Assembly: GCA_019429165.1 (NCBI GenBank) | Contig: JAHYJJ010000001.1 | Span: forward strand, 1 to 45,781 | DNA from: Methanosarcinaceae archaeon | GTDB lineage: Archaea; Halobacteriota; Methanosarcinia; Methanosarcinales; Methanosarcinaceae | Direction: 5' to 3' | Length of the DNA: 45,781 nucleotides | Shown: positions 8,063-17,291 of the stretch, piece after piece | How the letters are laid out: each line of letters opens with the position of its first letter | Position numbering within the stretch: position 1 is the stretch's first letter | Notes under the pieces: generated by a model | Told to the model about the DNA's origin: nothing | Database searches by the model: none | What the model saw: only the letters and a program-made list of their open reading frames with translations | Made by a program: the position numbers and the translations under genes

Positions 8063-10363
8063 TTTCGGTATTTCGTCCCATTTTGTAACCTTGAGCACCT
8101 TATTGAGCGGAGTTATGATACGACCCCAATAATAAGCCTTGTCATAATCAGACCCCAACTCGTACTCTGCAACCGATATCGCCTCTATTCGTGGCTTGGT
8201 GGACTTGACAATATATTGTATATTGTCACCGACAAAGAACTCGTGACCCTGCGCAATCAAACGCTTGACCAGGACAATATGCGCCGGAATAGGCGCATAT
8301 CTTACCTCCCCGTCCTTGTTTATTTTGGGCGCGCCAGTCTTGCTGTCTATCATGGCTCGACCATACTCTCCTATAGGCTTGACAAAATTTTTGGTCATAA
8401 CTAAATGTCCTGAGTCTAACGTATTTGTCTTGATTTGCTCGGCAATTAACCGAACACCCCCTAGGAAAACGTCATAGTCAAACCGGTCATATAATATGTC
8501 CTCAATCATACCACGTTGCATGGTTGATGCCAGTGGATTAGTGTCCTTCCGAATACATTCCAGACCAGTTATACTCACCTTGAAATCACCAGTAGGAACA
8601 CCTGCACCGTCGACCAACTCCTCAATCGCTGCATAATTCTTCTTCATGATAGATATCATGCGATGGAACGTCTTCTCCCATTCAAACACTATCATGTGTT
8701 CTCGGATACCCATCTCCTGAGCCCAGATATCAAACTGAACCTTGAGAGCATCCTCAAGAACCTTGTGGTCTGAGCCCTTAAACATGATACTATCTGTGTC
8801 TCCCTGCACCACAACATATCCCATACCCTCAGCAAAGTGTCGTGACCGATTTATTATCTCCCTCGCAAACTGCGTCACAGCAGATGCAACATCAAAGTTA
8901 TACCACCGAAAATTGACAAACGCCAAAGCACCATACAAGGAGTTAGCAATGGTTTTAATTGCTTTCTCGTACAGTTGCATCTCTCGGAACCTATCTGGGT
9001 CGGATTTAATATACTGAAACTTATCATATTTAACCTTGTCACGCTCCAAGATTAACCCACGTGCCACATCGGACACTACACCCTGAATATTATTTGAGAA
9101 ATACTTCTCCCCAGATTCAACCATCTCCCCAGACCTGTACAGACTATTTGCTGGGATTACCACACACCCAGGTTCACGCCGGGATAACAATGTCGTACTA
9201 CAGATGTTACACATTGCAATCGTACTCGGATAAAATGACTTGAAATCCAGTACAAACACATTATCATGAACCCCAGGATTATCACAAAATACCTCGGCAC
9301 CCAATATCTTCTCCTTACGTCTCTCGGCAGATTCGTCAATGGTAGGTTTGCTGGGTGATATGACACCTCGCTCCCGACACTTATTTAACACCATGTAATC
9401 ACAGACGTCTGAATTGTTCATGGTATCCTGAATCAAACAATGAGCAATCTGTGCAGCTTTTTTATGTAGCCCAAACATATTTAGTTTCTGTTCCAACTGG
9501 AACATCAACTCAACGTCCTGTTCATTGTATTTCTGAAGTAATGTATCCCCGCTGAATGACTCCACCCAGGCTCGGAATATATTCCCATTCCCTGCAGTTA
9601 TACCGCCCAGTTTTCCCATATTAAGTATTTCTCGGCACACGTTATCCAGCGAATAACTCGGCAACCCCAGGACGTTCTTTTTAATTATCTCCATGTAATC
9701 CATTTTATTAATGTAATCCAGGAACAACACCGATATGTTATGTAACTCACAACGTTGGCGGATGTAGGCATCATCAAACTTCTTTCCATTCCAGGCGGAA
9801 CAAATGTCGTACTGCTCAATTACCTTTTTGTGTAACAGTAACAGGTCACACTCACCAGAATATATATCGTCCAGGTTATTATTTTTCAAATACAAAACAT
9901 TCCCGTCACAGTCCTTGTATGCTATACACAATATAGGCTCTCTTGCAATGATAACCCCACGGTCGTCCGATTCAAACAAGCCATCGTCCTTGGTCTCTAT
10001 GTCATACATGACCCATTTCAAACCCTGCGACTCCAGGTCTAACCCAGGATTGCAGGTCAGGTATCTCTTGACCGCATTCACGTCACCCTCGTATACTGTG
10101 ATACCCGCATTCTCAAGACTCCACCGCAACAAACCACGGTCTGTATTGTTGTTCAGAAATAACCCAGTGTACCCAGGAAACACTTGACTGTCCGACACAT
10201 TAGAAATCCATTGATATGACTTCTCAGGTATCAAACCCACATCAGACTGGTGGATGAATATATAATTGTAAAATGGAACGCTCTCAAAATGTGTACCTTT
10301 ATCATCTCGAACCTTAACCCAAATAAAAGTCTCTTCCTCCTTAGCGCTGACTATAGTCCTCAT
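8054..10363 (-). CDS. polB: Family B DNA polymerase
   Basis: Exo I YDIETKDD, Exo II WNGKKFDDAY, Exo III YNEQDVELM, motif A LDFKSFYPS, motif B KTIANSLYGAL, motif C VVQGDTDSI, KKNYA. The ATG at 10363 overlaps the upstream TGA (ATGA). Confidence 0.9.
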   Translation of the reverse strand: MRTIVSAKEEETFIWVKVRDDKGTHFESVPFYNYIFIHQSDVGLIPEKSYQWISNVSDSQVFPGYTGLFLNNNTDRGLLRWSLENAGITVYEGDVNAVKRYLTCNPGLDLESQGLKWVMYDIETKDDGLFESDDRGVIIAREPILCIAYKDCDGNVLYLKNNNLDDIYSGECDLLLLHKKVIEQYDICSAWNGKKFDDAYIRQRCELHNISVLFLDYINKMDYMEIIKKNVLGLPSYSLDNVCREILNMGKLGGITAGNGNIFRAWVESFSGDTLLQKYNEQDVELMFQLEQKLNMFGLHKKAAQIAHCLIQDTMNNSDVCDYMVLNKCRERGVISPSKPTIDESAERRKEKILGAEVFCDNPGVHDNVFVLDFKSFYPSTIAMCNICSTTLLSRREPGCVVIPANSLYRSGEMVESGEKYFSNNIQGVVSDVARGLILERDKVKYDKFQYIKSDPDRFREMQLYEKAIKTIANSLYGALAFVNFRWYNFDVASAVTQFAREIINRSRHFAEGMGYVVVQGDTDSIMFKGSDHKVLEDALKVQFDIWAQEMGIREHMIVFEWEKTFHRMISIMKKNYAAIEELVDGAGVPTGDFKVSITGLECIRKDTNPLASTMQRGMIEDILYDRFDYDVFLGGVRLIAEQIKTNTLDSGHLVMTKNFVKPIGEYGRAMIDSKTGAPKINKDGEVRYAPIPAHIVLVKRLIAQGHEFFVGDNIQYIVKSTKPRIEAISVAEYELGSDYDKAYYWGRIITPLNKVLKVTKWDEIPKPL

Positions 10364-10662
10364 ATATCCCACCCTTGTATCAAGTACACACCAGACCCAC
10401 CCAGACGTATCGTGTCCTCTTCAATGGTTTTTATATACTTTTTCAATTCATCGCAATATTTTTCAGAAGTGGTGAAATCACACCGACAATATATTGCGAC
10501 ACTTGTTACGTGGTCGTGTTTTTTAATGCGACACCTGGGTGCGTCGCATAGTTTACCATCGTGAGATGGTATAAATGGGTGTGGTATATCAAGCATGTCA
10601 ACCGCATAGAAATTGTTGTGCTCGCTCTTACCCAGATGTCTAACTGACTGTTCCTGGCGCAT
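10360..10662 (-). CDS. Hypothetical Cys/His-rich protein
   Basis: ATG at 10662, 6 nt after AGGTG. Translationally coupled to PolB. No recognisable family. Confidence 0.5.
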   Translation of the reverse strand: MRQEQSVRHLGKSEHNNFYAVDMLDIPHPFIPSHDGKLCDAPRCRIKKHDHVTSVAIYCRCDFTTSEKYCDELKKYIKTIEEDTIRLGGSGVYLIQGWDI

Positions 10663-10671
10663 ATACAACAC

Positions 10672-11169
10672 CTAAAAACCAACAATTTCATAGGACAATA
10701 ACTGTCCGATAATCTCGTCATATTTGTTTTGGTCGTCTGGATTGATATTGTCAATGACTTTTATTGGTACATTATAATTGTCTCGTGCGGTCATGATATC
10801 AAATATATATGACACTGCATCAGACAGTTTCAACCGAATGTAACCATTGAGAATAAATATACGCTCAAATATTGGCACATCCACAGAACAACCAGTCCGC
10901 TCCAGGGTGTATATATCGTTAGTGTCGCCACCGTGTATCATTTTTCTCATTATATTTTTGTATTTGGTCTCTGGATTTTGTTTGTCCTCAACCTTGATAT
11001 CGTAGCCAGTACCACGGTTCTCAATCATAATCCGCGTAACCCACTCCCCCAGGGTTCCGACCGCACCATCGGGTGTCGCTCTGAACTCTCGAAGTTCAAC
11101 CGGCATCTCATCTTCACCGGTTTTTATTCTATACAGTGTATATTTATTTTCGTTTTCCATTTTTTTCAT
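10672..11169 (-). CDS. Hypothetical protein
   Basis: 165-aa ORF, first gene after regulatory motif copy b. No recognisable motif. Confidence 0.55.
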   Translation of the reverse strand: MKKMENENKYTLYRIKTGEDEMPVELREFRATPDGAVGTLGEWVTRIMIENRGTGYDIKVEDKQNPETKYKNIMRKMIHGGDTNDIYTLERTGCSVDVPIFERIFILNGYIRLKLSDAVSYIFDIMTARDNYNVPIKVIDNINPDDQNKYDEIIGQLLSYEIVGF

Positions 11170-11184
11170 CTCTTTTTTTTTTTT

Positions 11185-11236
11185 TACATACCTAAAAGGT
11201 ATGTAAATATATAATGTATTATATAATATATAAAGG
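11185..11236 (-). promoter_or_regulatory. Conserved replication-module motif, copy b
   Basis: Perfect dyad tacatacct-aaa-aggtatgta (11185-11205) followed by aaatatataatgtattatataatatataaagg. A T13 run lies at 11173-11185. Confidence 0.4.
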
Positions 11237-11260
11237 TTGTGGTTTAAACAACATCAGACA

Positions 11261-13321
11261 TCAGACATCATATCCCTGACTCATCAGTGCCACTTTTCGT
11301 GCCTTGGTGTGCTCACGCAGAACCTTATGAGTGTCCTCAAAATCGTAATAGAACGCCCCCACTTTACCGGGTATCTTACGTAAGACCCTGCCCAGGCACT
11401 GAACCGTCTTTATACTCCCCAAATTAGCGCTGTAATTGACCAGGACGTCAAGGTTAGGTATATTAACACCCTTCTGGATGACACCACTCGTTGAAATTAA
11501 TATGTTACCTGTTGAACTTTTAATCGTGTTTAATATATCTTCTCTATCTTTCTTTTTGGTTGTGCCGGTAATCACATAAGCATTGTCTATCATACCACTA
11601 ATGATATCAACATGCTCCAATCTATCAACCATTATTAATATATTATCTTTCTTATGTTTAATTGTTATCCCACGCAACAATTCCATCCTGGAATCAGACT
11701 GTAGCACCTGCTCATATACCTCATGGTAATCACCATTCACAATGAACTGTATATTATACTTCAGAAACTTAATTTCAGGACGCACCAAATACCCGGCATT
11801 AATCAAGTCAATCGCTCGTATCTTGAAATGTGGAACTCCAAATGACTTATATAACTCCAGGCTATCGTTACCGTCTGAGTACGCCGTGCCAGTTAGACCT
11901 ATCCTATACTCAGCACCTATCATACCCATTAGTTTCTGGTAACTCTTAGACCTGGCTGAATGCGCCTCGTCCACTATTACCACGTTACACTCGGATACTT
12001 TATTCAACCCAACCTTATCTTTAATCTTACACAATGTCTGGATGGATGCAATCGTGATGTCGTTCCAATCTTGCTTGCCCTCGGTCACAGTGCCCAGGTT
12101 ATCCAGGCCCAACTTTTTAAATTCGTTATAGGTCTGGGCAAGTAATATGTTCCTATCCACCACAAACAACGTTTTAAAACCCAGGCGTCTTATAATCTCT
12201 GCAGCAATTACAGTCTTCCCAGCACCAGTGCAAATTTCGGTGAAACTAATCTGGTCACCTATAATGTGGTTGATTGCATCCTCTTGATATGGTCGTGACT
12301 CAACACCAACCAAACATCGTGGTGTCTTTATCTGGTTTCTGGGCAACACCCTATTATCTGTCTCAGAAATTATCAACCTCAAACCTTTATGCTCCGCAAA
12401 CTGGTTCAGATACATGACCAACTCAGACTTAAGACCCAGGCTTGTTGTCTGGTTATGATACATCCGAATAATACCATCAAAACCCTTGACACCCCTGGTA
12501 TTTAGGTTTTTCATAACAAAATATTTGTTGTCTATCTCATAACTAAGTTGCTCTTCAACAATATCATTGAACTCATCTGGCATCTTAGTTTCAATCCGAA
12601 CCAGGTCATGGTCGTAGGACATATCAACCATCAAGAATTTATCATCGGTTATATTATCAACATAACATTTATTCTTATAACCACAAAAGAAACAACTTTT
12701 TAAGTTAGTTTTGTAAGACTCGGTCGTGGTTTTGGTGTTTTGATACGCAACCGTATCAAATATATGTTTTTCATACTCAACCAGGTCGGTCTCGCTGAAC
12801 ACAAAATCAATCACTTTCTGCGCCTTGGTATACACAACCATGGCCTTAGGTGGGATATAACCACAATGTTTCCAAACACCCCAACAATACCAGAGCAACT
12901 GTTCTCTGTACTGTTTCAACCCTTGGGTGTTAAACGTTGAAGTTTTCCAATCTAATATGCTTCCGTCTTCGAGGATTCCGTCTATGAGCATCTTAAATTT
13001 TAGTTTACCTTGTTGGAACAAGATAAGTTTTTCCTGTGACTTGAATTTGTAACCCAGGCTTCTTGCATAGTCCACCTGCACCCTGGCGGAATCAAGACTC
13101 ATGTCAGTATCATACATTTTATATTGCGCCCAGAGAGTATCCACAGACTCGCCAGTCTCAATGCACTTATGTACAATGTTTCCAAAATTCCCCCACTTAG
13201 ACTCAACAGAACCGCAGGGGTGTTTTAAAACCTTACCGTAGAAAAATCTACGCTCGCAAGATTTAAAGTCGTTGAATGAGCTAAAAGATAGGTTACCCAC
13301 CCAGGATAGTTTTGTTGACAT
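11261..13321 (-). CDS. Cas4/RecB-like PD-(D/E)xK nuclease fused to an SF2 (DEAD/DEAH-type) helicase
   Basis: N-terminal part: Cys in SCERRFFY, IDGILEDGSILDWKTS, QLLWYCW (QxxxY) and CFFCGYKNKC (CxxCx5C), which is the Cas4-type Fe-S nuclease pattern. C-terminal part: TGAGKT (Walker A), VVIVDEAHS (motif II), LGRVLR (motif VI-like). Confidence 0.8.
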   Translation of the reverse strand: MSTKLSWVGNLSFSSFNDFKSCERRFFYGKVLKHPCGSVESKWGNFGNIVHKCIETGESVDTLWAQYKMYDTDMSLDSARVQVDYARSLGYKFKSQEKLILFQQGKLKFKMLIDGILEDGSILDWKTSTFNTQGLKQYREQLLWYCWGVWKHCGYIPPKAMVVYTKAQKVIDFVFSETDLVEYEKHIFDTVAYQNTKTTTESYKTNLKSCFFCGYKNKCYVDNITDDKFLMVDMSYDHDLVRIETKMPDEFNDIVEEQLSYEIDNKYFVMKNLNTRGVKGFDGIIRMYHNQTTSLGLKSELVMYLNQFAEHKGLRLIISETDNRVLPRNQIKTPRCLVGVESRPYQEDAINHIIGDQISFTEICTGAGKTVIAAEIIRRLGFKTLFVVDRNILLAQTYNEFKKLGLDNLGTVTEGKQDWNDITIASIQTLCKIKDKVGLNKVSECNVVIVDEAHSARSKSYQKLMGMIGAEYRIGLTGTAYSDGNDSLELYKSFGVPHFKIRAIDLINAGYLVRPEIKFLKYNIQFIVNGDYHEVYEQVLQSDSRMELLRGITIKHKKDNILIMVDRLEHVDIISGMIDNAYVITGTTKKKDREDILNTIKSSTGNILISTSGVIQKGVNIPNLDVLVNYSANLGSIKTVQCLGRVLRKIPGKVGAFYYDFEDTHKVLREHTKARKVALMSQGYDV

Positions 13322-13352
13322 ATCAAATCACATAAAAAAAAAGGTTGTGGTC

Positions 13353-13907
13353 TTACAGACCTGCAACCGAATTATCGTCACCCACAATCTTAATTTTAAG
13401 ACTTGGAACTTCTAACACCCAGTTATGCCCAGCCGTGTCAGCACCACCTGCAACACGTTTGAATTTTACTGTCTGGTTTGCAAGTGTGAAATTGTTGTCC
13501 CTGCAATACCTAACCAGAGCATTCATCTTATAGACCAACTCCCAGTTTGATATCCTTATTCTGGACATTACCTGTTCAGACTCACCTTCGACCAGGTATT
13601 CACCAATTTCTTCCTTATTTTTATTCGTCAACCCTGAATAAAAACTCTTACCGTTGGTCTTATTAACAAAAGTCTTTCCCTCTTGTGTGTAATACCCACC
13701 AACACCAATCTTAAGTTCTGGTGTGCTCTCGCCAATGTCTGCCTTTTTAGGTAGATTAATCCAGTTTACGGTCTCCATTGTGGACTCGTCTATGACTTGT
13801 CTGCCAGACGTTACTGGTGCTTCTTGAACAGGTTCAACCCTGTCTTCAACTTTCTCGGTGTTCTTTGCGAACACGTTTATCTTTTTGTCGTTTATTTCGT
13901 TTCCCAT
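13353..13907 (-). CDS. Hypothetical protein
   Basis: 184-aa ORF, SD GAGGT 8 nt upstream. No recognisable motif. Confidence 0.55.
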   Translation of the reverse strand: MGNEINDKKINVFAKNTEKVEDRVEPVQEAPVTSGRQVIDESTMETVNWINLPKKADIGESTPELKIGVGGYYTQEGKTFVNKTNGKSFYSGLTNKNKEEIGEYLVEGESEQVMSRIRISNWELVYKMNALVRYCRDNNFTLANQTVKFKRVAGGADTAGHNWVLEVPSLKIKIVGDDNSVAGL

Positions 13908-13923
13908 TTTTACAACCTCTTGT

Positions 13924-13972
13924 TACATACCTAAAAGGTATATAAATATATATTGTATTATATTTTTATAAG
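13924..13972 (-). promoter_or_regulatory. Conserved replication-module motif, copy c
   Basis: acatacct-aaa-aggtatat (one mismatch) followed by aaatatatattgtattatatttttataagc. Lies between the primase stop and the next start. Confidence 0.4.
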
Positions 13973-13983
13973 CTTATGCTTTC

Positions 13984-16092
13984 CTAACATAATACTTCTC
14001 TATCACTCGTTTCTTGTTTCTCGCCCTTGTATTTTATACCCTCAATGTATATACCAACCACAAAAACACCGTTTATCTTTTTTGTTGTGGTTTTCTTACT
14101 CAGCCCCTCTTGTTCCAGGACATCTATAAACTCTCGCTTGGACACCTTGCGCATTTTATTGTCCCTTAAAAACTTCTGATATTGGGTGTAAAAGTCAATA
14201 TACCCAACAAAACCGTTGACATCACTATCACAAAACCTGTCAATATATGCAGGTAGTGGATTTGATGCTTCAATGTATTTGTTCTTTGATTCTTCAATAC
14301 TCTTGTCCTCATTAGTAAATATACCAGTACCAATCAACCTTGGTAATATCTTGGTAATCTTAACCGCCAGGTTATTATATTCATGCGCTGGTATGGTTGC
14401 AAGAACATCTTTTTTTGATTTAAATTGGTTTGGGAAATCAATAATCTTCCAGCGCCTGTAATACCCATCCGATGTATCCCCAGAACTTGGTAATGAATTT
14501 GTAGCAATCAATATCTTTGCGTAATTTACCCCACTAATTGGTGTTTTATTCTTACTCTCAAAAGTAACATCATCTTGACCGCACAATCGTTTAAGCAGTC
14601 CAGTGTTTTTTATACTGTTGAAATTGGTCTCGCCCATTTTACAAACTAACTTTTTATATAACTTAGCGCACTCAAACCTGTTAGTGATAAGCGCCTCCAG
14701 GTCTGTGTCGGTTGTGTTGTGTTCACCCACAAAATGCTTAACTAACTGCAAGTATTTACTTTTTCCATTACTTCCAGACCCTATGAAACAAAAAATGTTG
14801 TGTATTGGGTAGTCCAGGACACAACAATATGCTATAATTTCATATAAGATGTCAACATAATCCTCACCCACCCAGTCCGTGAATAGTTTATCCATGACAG
14901 GCGTATCTGTGGACACACCCATACTATGTGGTATTGGATTAGTCATGAAATATGTGTGAGTTGCATCAAATATCCGCTCGGTCTCAAAGTCAAACACCTT
15001 ATCACCAAACTGTACCCAGGATTTATTAGGGTCTTTTGGTTTATTTTCTCTCCCCACCCACCGGAACGCCTCTAAGTAGTTACCTCTATGGTGCGACTTA
15101 ACCGCCTCACCGTCAAATTTTAGCGTCTCGTCTATAATACGCATCACCTCAACGTTATCAACCTGGATATATTTATATGAATTTTTATCCCAGAACCAAA
15201 AGTTCTGACCCATATCATAATAAAATGGTTGCGACTCGTAGAACTTCCTGACATTATACACATAATTTTTAATGTCAAGTGAATTGTTGGTGTTATATAA
15301 CACCTCAGAGATACCAGCGATCTCAAGTAATTTTTTCTTGGCCACCAAAAATGTGACCTTTTCATGTTCCATAATGAAATCAAACACCGTTCCACCCTTA
15401 CCACAATGAAAACAATGCCAGAGTCCTTTCTGGTCATCCCAGGAAAAGCACGACTTGGACTCACTATCGTGACCCAGCATGCACATGGTCGGTTGGCGCT
15501 TGATATCGTACCCAAATTTAGTCATTAAATCCGATAACTTGACCGCAGATTTAATCTCGTCATTTATATTATCCGTGTCCATGACGTGTTTGTATACCTT
15601 ATCTTCTGGGATAATGTCTCTCAGAATATATTTTATGTGTTCAATAGTAATATAAGAAATATCAACATCTTTCTCAACCTTATATTTGATACCAGATGGA
15701 TGCGTAGAGTTAGCACCGACCACTTGTCGTCCTGCACCCAGGATGTCCAGGATACTTGACCCCGTGCTTTTGTCGGCAATCTTCATATCCTCGTTATGGT
15801 CTGTTTGATAGTATAGGTGTATCTTCCCAGAACCAGTCCGAACCGTGAACGTCTCAGGAAACTTTTTGTAATATTTATTTATAATATCCTGCGAGTCAAA
15901 GTCAATCACAACATAACCCTCCTTGACAACAATCCCATAATTACCCCCCCAGGTGGTAATCTCCTCGTTGTCAAATGGTCTCAGAATAGTGTTCCAACTT
16001 TTCTCAGCTGGAATCTTAGTCCTTGGATTCAGTTTTATATAACTGAAATCATACTTTTTTAATTTGTCTGGAATTTCTACCATATTTTCCAT
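13984..16092 (-). CDS. Primase-polymerase (AEP) / zinc finger / SF3 (D5-P4-like) helicase
   Basis: AEP motifs VVIDFDS and GSGKIHLYY. Zn finger CMLGHDSESKSCFSWDDQKGLWHCFHCGKGG. Walker A GSGSNGKSK. Confidence 0.85.
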   Translation of the reverse strand: MENMVEIPDKLKKYDFSYIKLNPRTKIPAEKSWNTILRPFDNEEITTWGGNYGIVVKEGYVVIDFDSQDIINKYYKKFPETFTVRTGSGKIHLYYQTDHNEDMKIADKSTGSSILDILGAGRQVVGANSTHPSGIKYKVEKDVDISYITIEHIKYILRDIIPEDKVYKHVMDTDNINDEIKSAVKLSDLMTKFGYDIKRQPTMCMLGHDSESKSCFSWDDQKGLWHCFHCGKGGTVFDFIMEHEKVTFLVAKKKLLEIAGISEVLYNTNNSLDIKNYVYNVRKFYESQPFYYDMGQNFWFWDKNSYKYIQVDNVEVMRIIDETLKFDGEAVKSHHRGNYLEAFRWVGRENKPKDPNKSWVQFGDKVFDFETERIFDATHTYFMTNPIPHSMGVSTDTPVMDKLFTDWVGEDYVDILYEIIAYCCVLDYPIHNIFCFIGSGSNGKSKYLQLVKHFVGEHNTTDTDLEALITNRFECAKLYKKLVCKMGETNFNSIKNTGLLKRLCGQDDVTFESKNKTPISGVNYAKILIATNSLPSSGDTSDGYYRRWKIIDFPNQFKSKKDVLATIPAHEYNNLAVKITKILPRLIGTGIFTNEDKSIEESKNKYIEASNPLPAYIDRFCDSDVNGFVGYIDFYTQYQKFLRDNKMRKVSKREFIDVLEQEGLSKKTTTKKINGVFVVGIYIEGIKYKGEKQETSDREVLC

Positions 16093-16189
16093 CTCTTTTT
16101 TATATAAGATTTATAACAGTATTAATATAAGACACTCAAATTATATAAGTGTTGTGTTATTATATAATATAAATTAATATTAATCTTAT

Positions 16190-16300
16190 AATTATAAGAT
16201 TATATGATTTATACAGTGGTTTCTCACTTATTATATATATAATATATTCTCATATATAATAAGTGAGAAACCACTGTATAAATCATATAATCTTATAATT
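16190..16300. repeat. Giant perfect palindrome P2 (49-nt arms, 13-nt centre)
   Basis: 16190-16238 is the exact reverse complement of 16252-16300. The core acagtggtttctcactta resembles the P1 core agagtggtttcccactta. A nested 22-nt perfect palindrome taatcttataattataagatta lies at 16181-16202. Confidence 0.95.
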
Positions 16301-16335
16301 TTAAAGAAACAATAATAAAAAAAAAGAATTAGTTG

Positions 16336-16638
16336 TTATAATTTTTTTAAATCAGTTTTAATTTCAATCAATAAAGTTTGAATATTGGTGAGTTGCGTCT
16401 CGATTTTGGCTCGTCCAATGTCAGTCTCTGCTTGGCGCTTATTCAAATCTTCAATCTTGTTCATAAAGTCCGTGTGCGCCTCGCTCATTTTTGTGTATCG
16501 ATGCTCTAAAGATTTTTGTGAGTTCTCAATCTCTGCCTTCCAAGTAGTTAAAGCATAGGTCTGAGCCATAATAAAAAATATAACAGTAATCAGGGCAGCA
16601 ACACTAATGGTTATATTATTCTTTTCTATACCATCCAT
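16336..16638 (-). CDS. Membrane-anchored coiled-coil protein
   Basis: One N-terminal hydrophobic helix (ITISVAALITVIFFIMAQTYAL), then a heptad-like charged region. Confidence 0.5.
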   Translation of the reverse strand: MDGIEKNNITISVAALITVIFFIMAQTYALTTWKAEIENSQKSLEHRYTKMSEAHTDFMNKIEDLNKRQAETDIGRAKIETQLTNIQTLLIEIKTDLKKL

Positions 16639-16641
16639 CGC

Positions 16642-16845
16642 CTACAACTCTCTCTGCTTCAAATAATATTCAAAAATAGCAATACCAGATTCTATTATTG
16701 AACCAGCCACAACACTTGCAACGCCTAGGTCTGTTACATAAAACATCAACATAGTTGCTACCATAGTGATTATGGTTTTCTTGCGCCCTTTTATCCAAGT
16801 TAGAATATTCCAACCCGTTAAAGACATTTTTGGTTTTTCACTCAT
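16642..16845 (-). CDS. Small two-TM protein, holin-like by size and topology only
   Basis: 67 aa, two hydrophobic segments, charged C-terminus. Confidence 0.4.
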   Translation of the reverse strand: MSEKPKMSLTGWNILTWIKGRKKTIITMVATMLMFYVTDLGVASVVAGSIIESGIAIFEYYLKQREL

Positions 16846-16847
16846 AA

Positions 16848-17066
16848 TTAATTCACCTTTGTGCTTAAATAACCTATTCCTACACTAAGAATTATCAACC
16901 CAACACCAACCCACTCATGACCGAAAGTGTCGTTGATACCCCAGAGATACAGATGTTCCCCAAGTAAGAATGAGCCTGCGACTAAAAGTGCAGTTGCACC
17001 GACTCTAAGTCCGTAAGCGCCCTTAATCTTGCGCAATATGTAACCCTTAACATCTTGCAATCTCAT
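16848..17066 (-). CDS. Small two-TM protein
   Basis: ATG at 17066 lies 1 nt after the upstream TGA. Two hydrophobic segments. Confidence 0.4.
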   Translation of the reverse strand: MRLQDVKGYILRKIKGAYGLRVGATALLVAGSFLLGEHLYLWGINDTFGHEWVGVGLIILSVGIGYLSTKVN

Positions 17067-17067
17067 A

Positions 17068-17280
17068 TCAATTCGCCTTCTTTTTTTTATCAATGTTGGT
17101 CTGAGTTATCAGGCCATAAGACAAAAGAACATCTTCAATTTCTGTATTGGTTGTGTCTTTTAGCTCTTCATCTGTATATCCAGGGCATCTGACAGACAAA
17201 ACTTTCTCAATATCAATTCTGTCAAAATTAGTTACACCGAACTTAATTGTATTTGCTTTTTGTAATTTGTCTTTCTTCAT
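17068..17280 (-). CDS. Hypothetical protein
   Basis: 70-aa ORF in the operon. No motif. Confidence 0.45.
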   Translation of the reverse strand: MKKDKLQKANTIKFGVTNFDRIDIEKVLSVRCPGYTDEELKDTTNTEIEDVLLSYGLITQTNIDKKKKAN

Positions 17281-17291
17281 ATTATAACACC

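Noticed and set aside
8054-10363. Protein-primed replication (terminal-protein type PolB)
   Set aside because: A primase-helicase is encoded nearby. No terminal-protein candidate or terminal inverted repeats are visible. This cannot be excluded without alignment of the TPR insertions.
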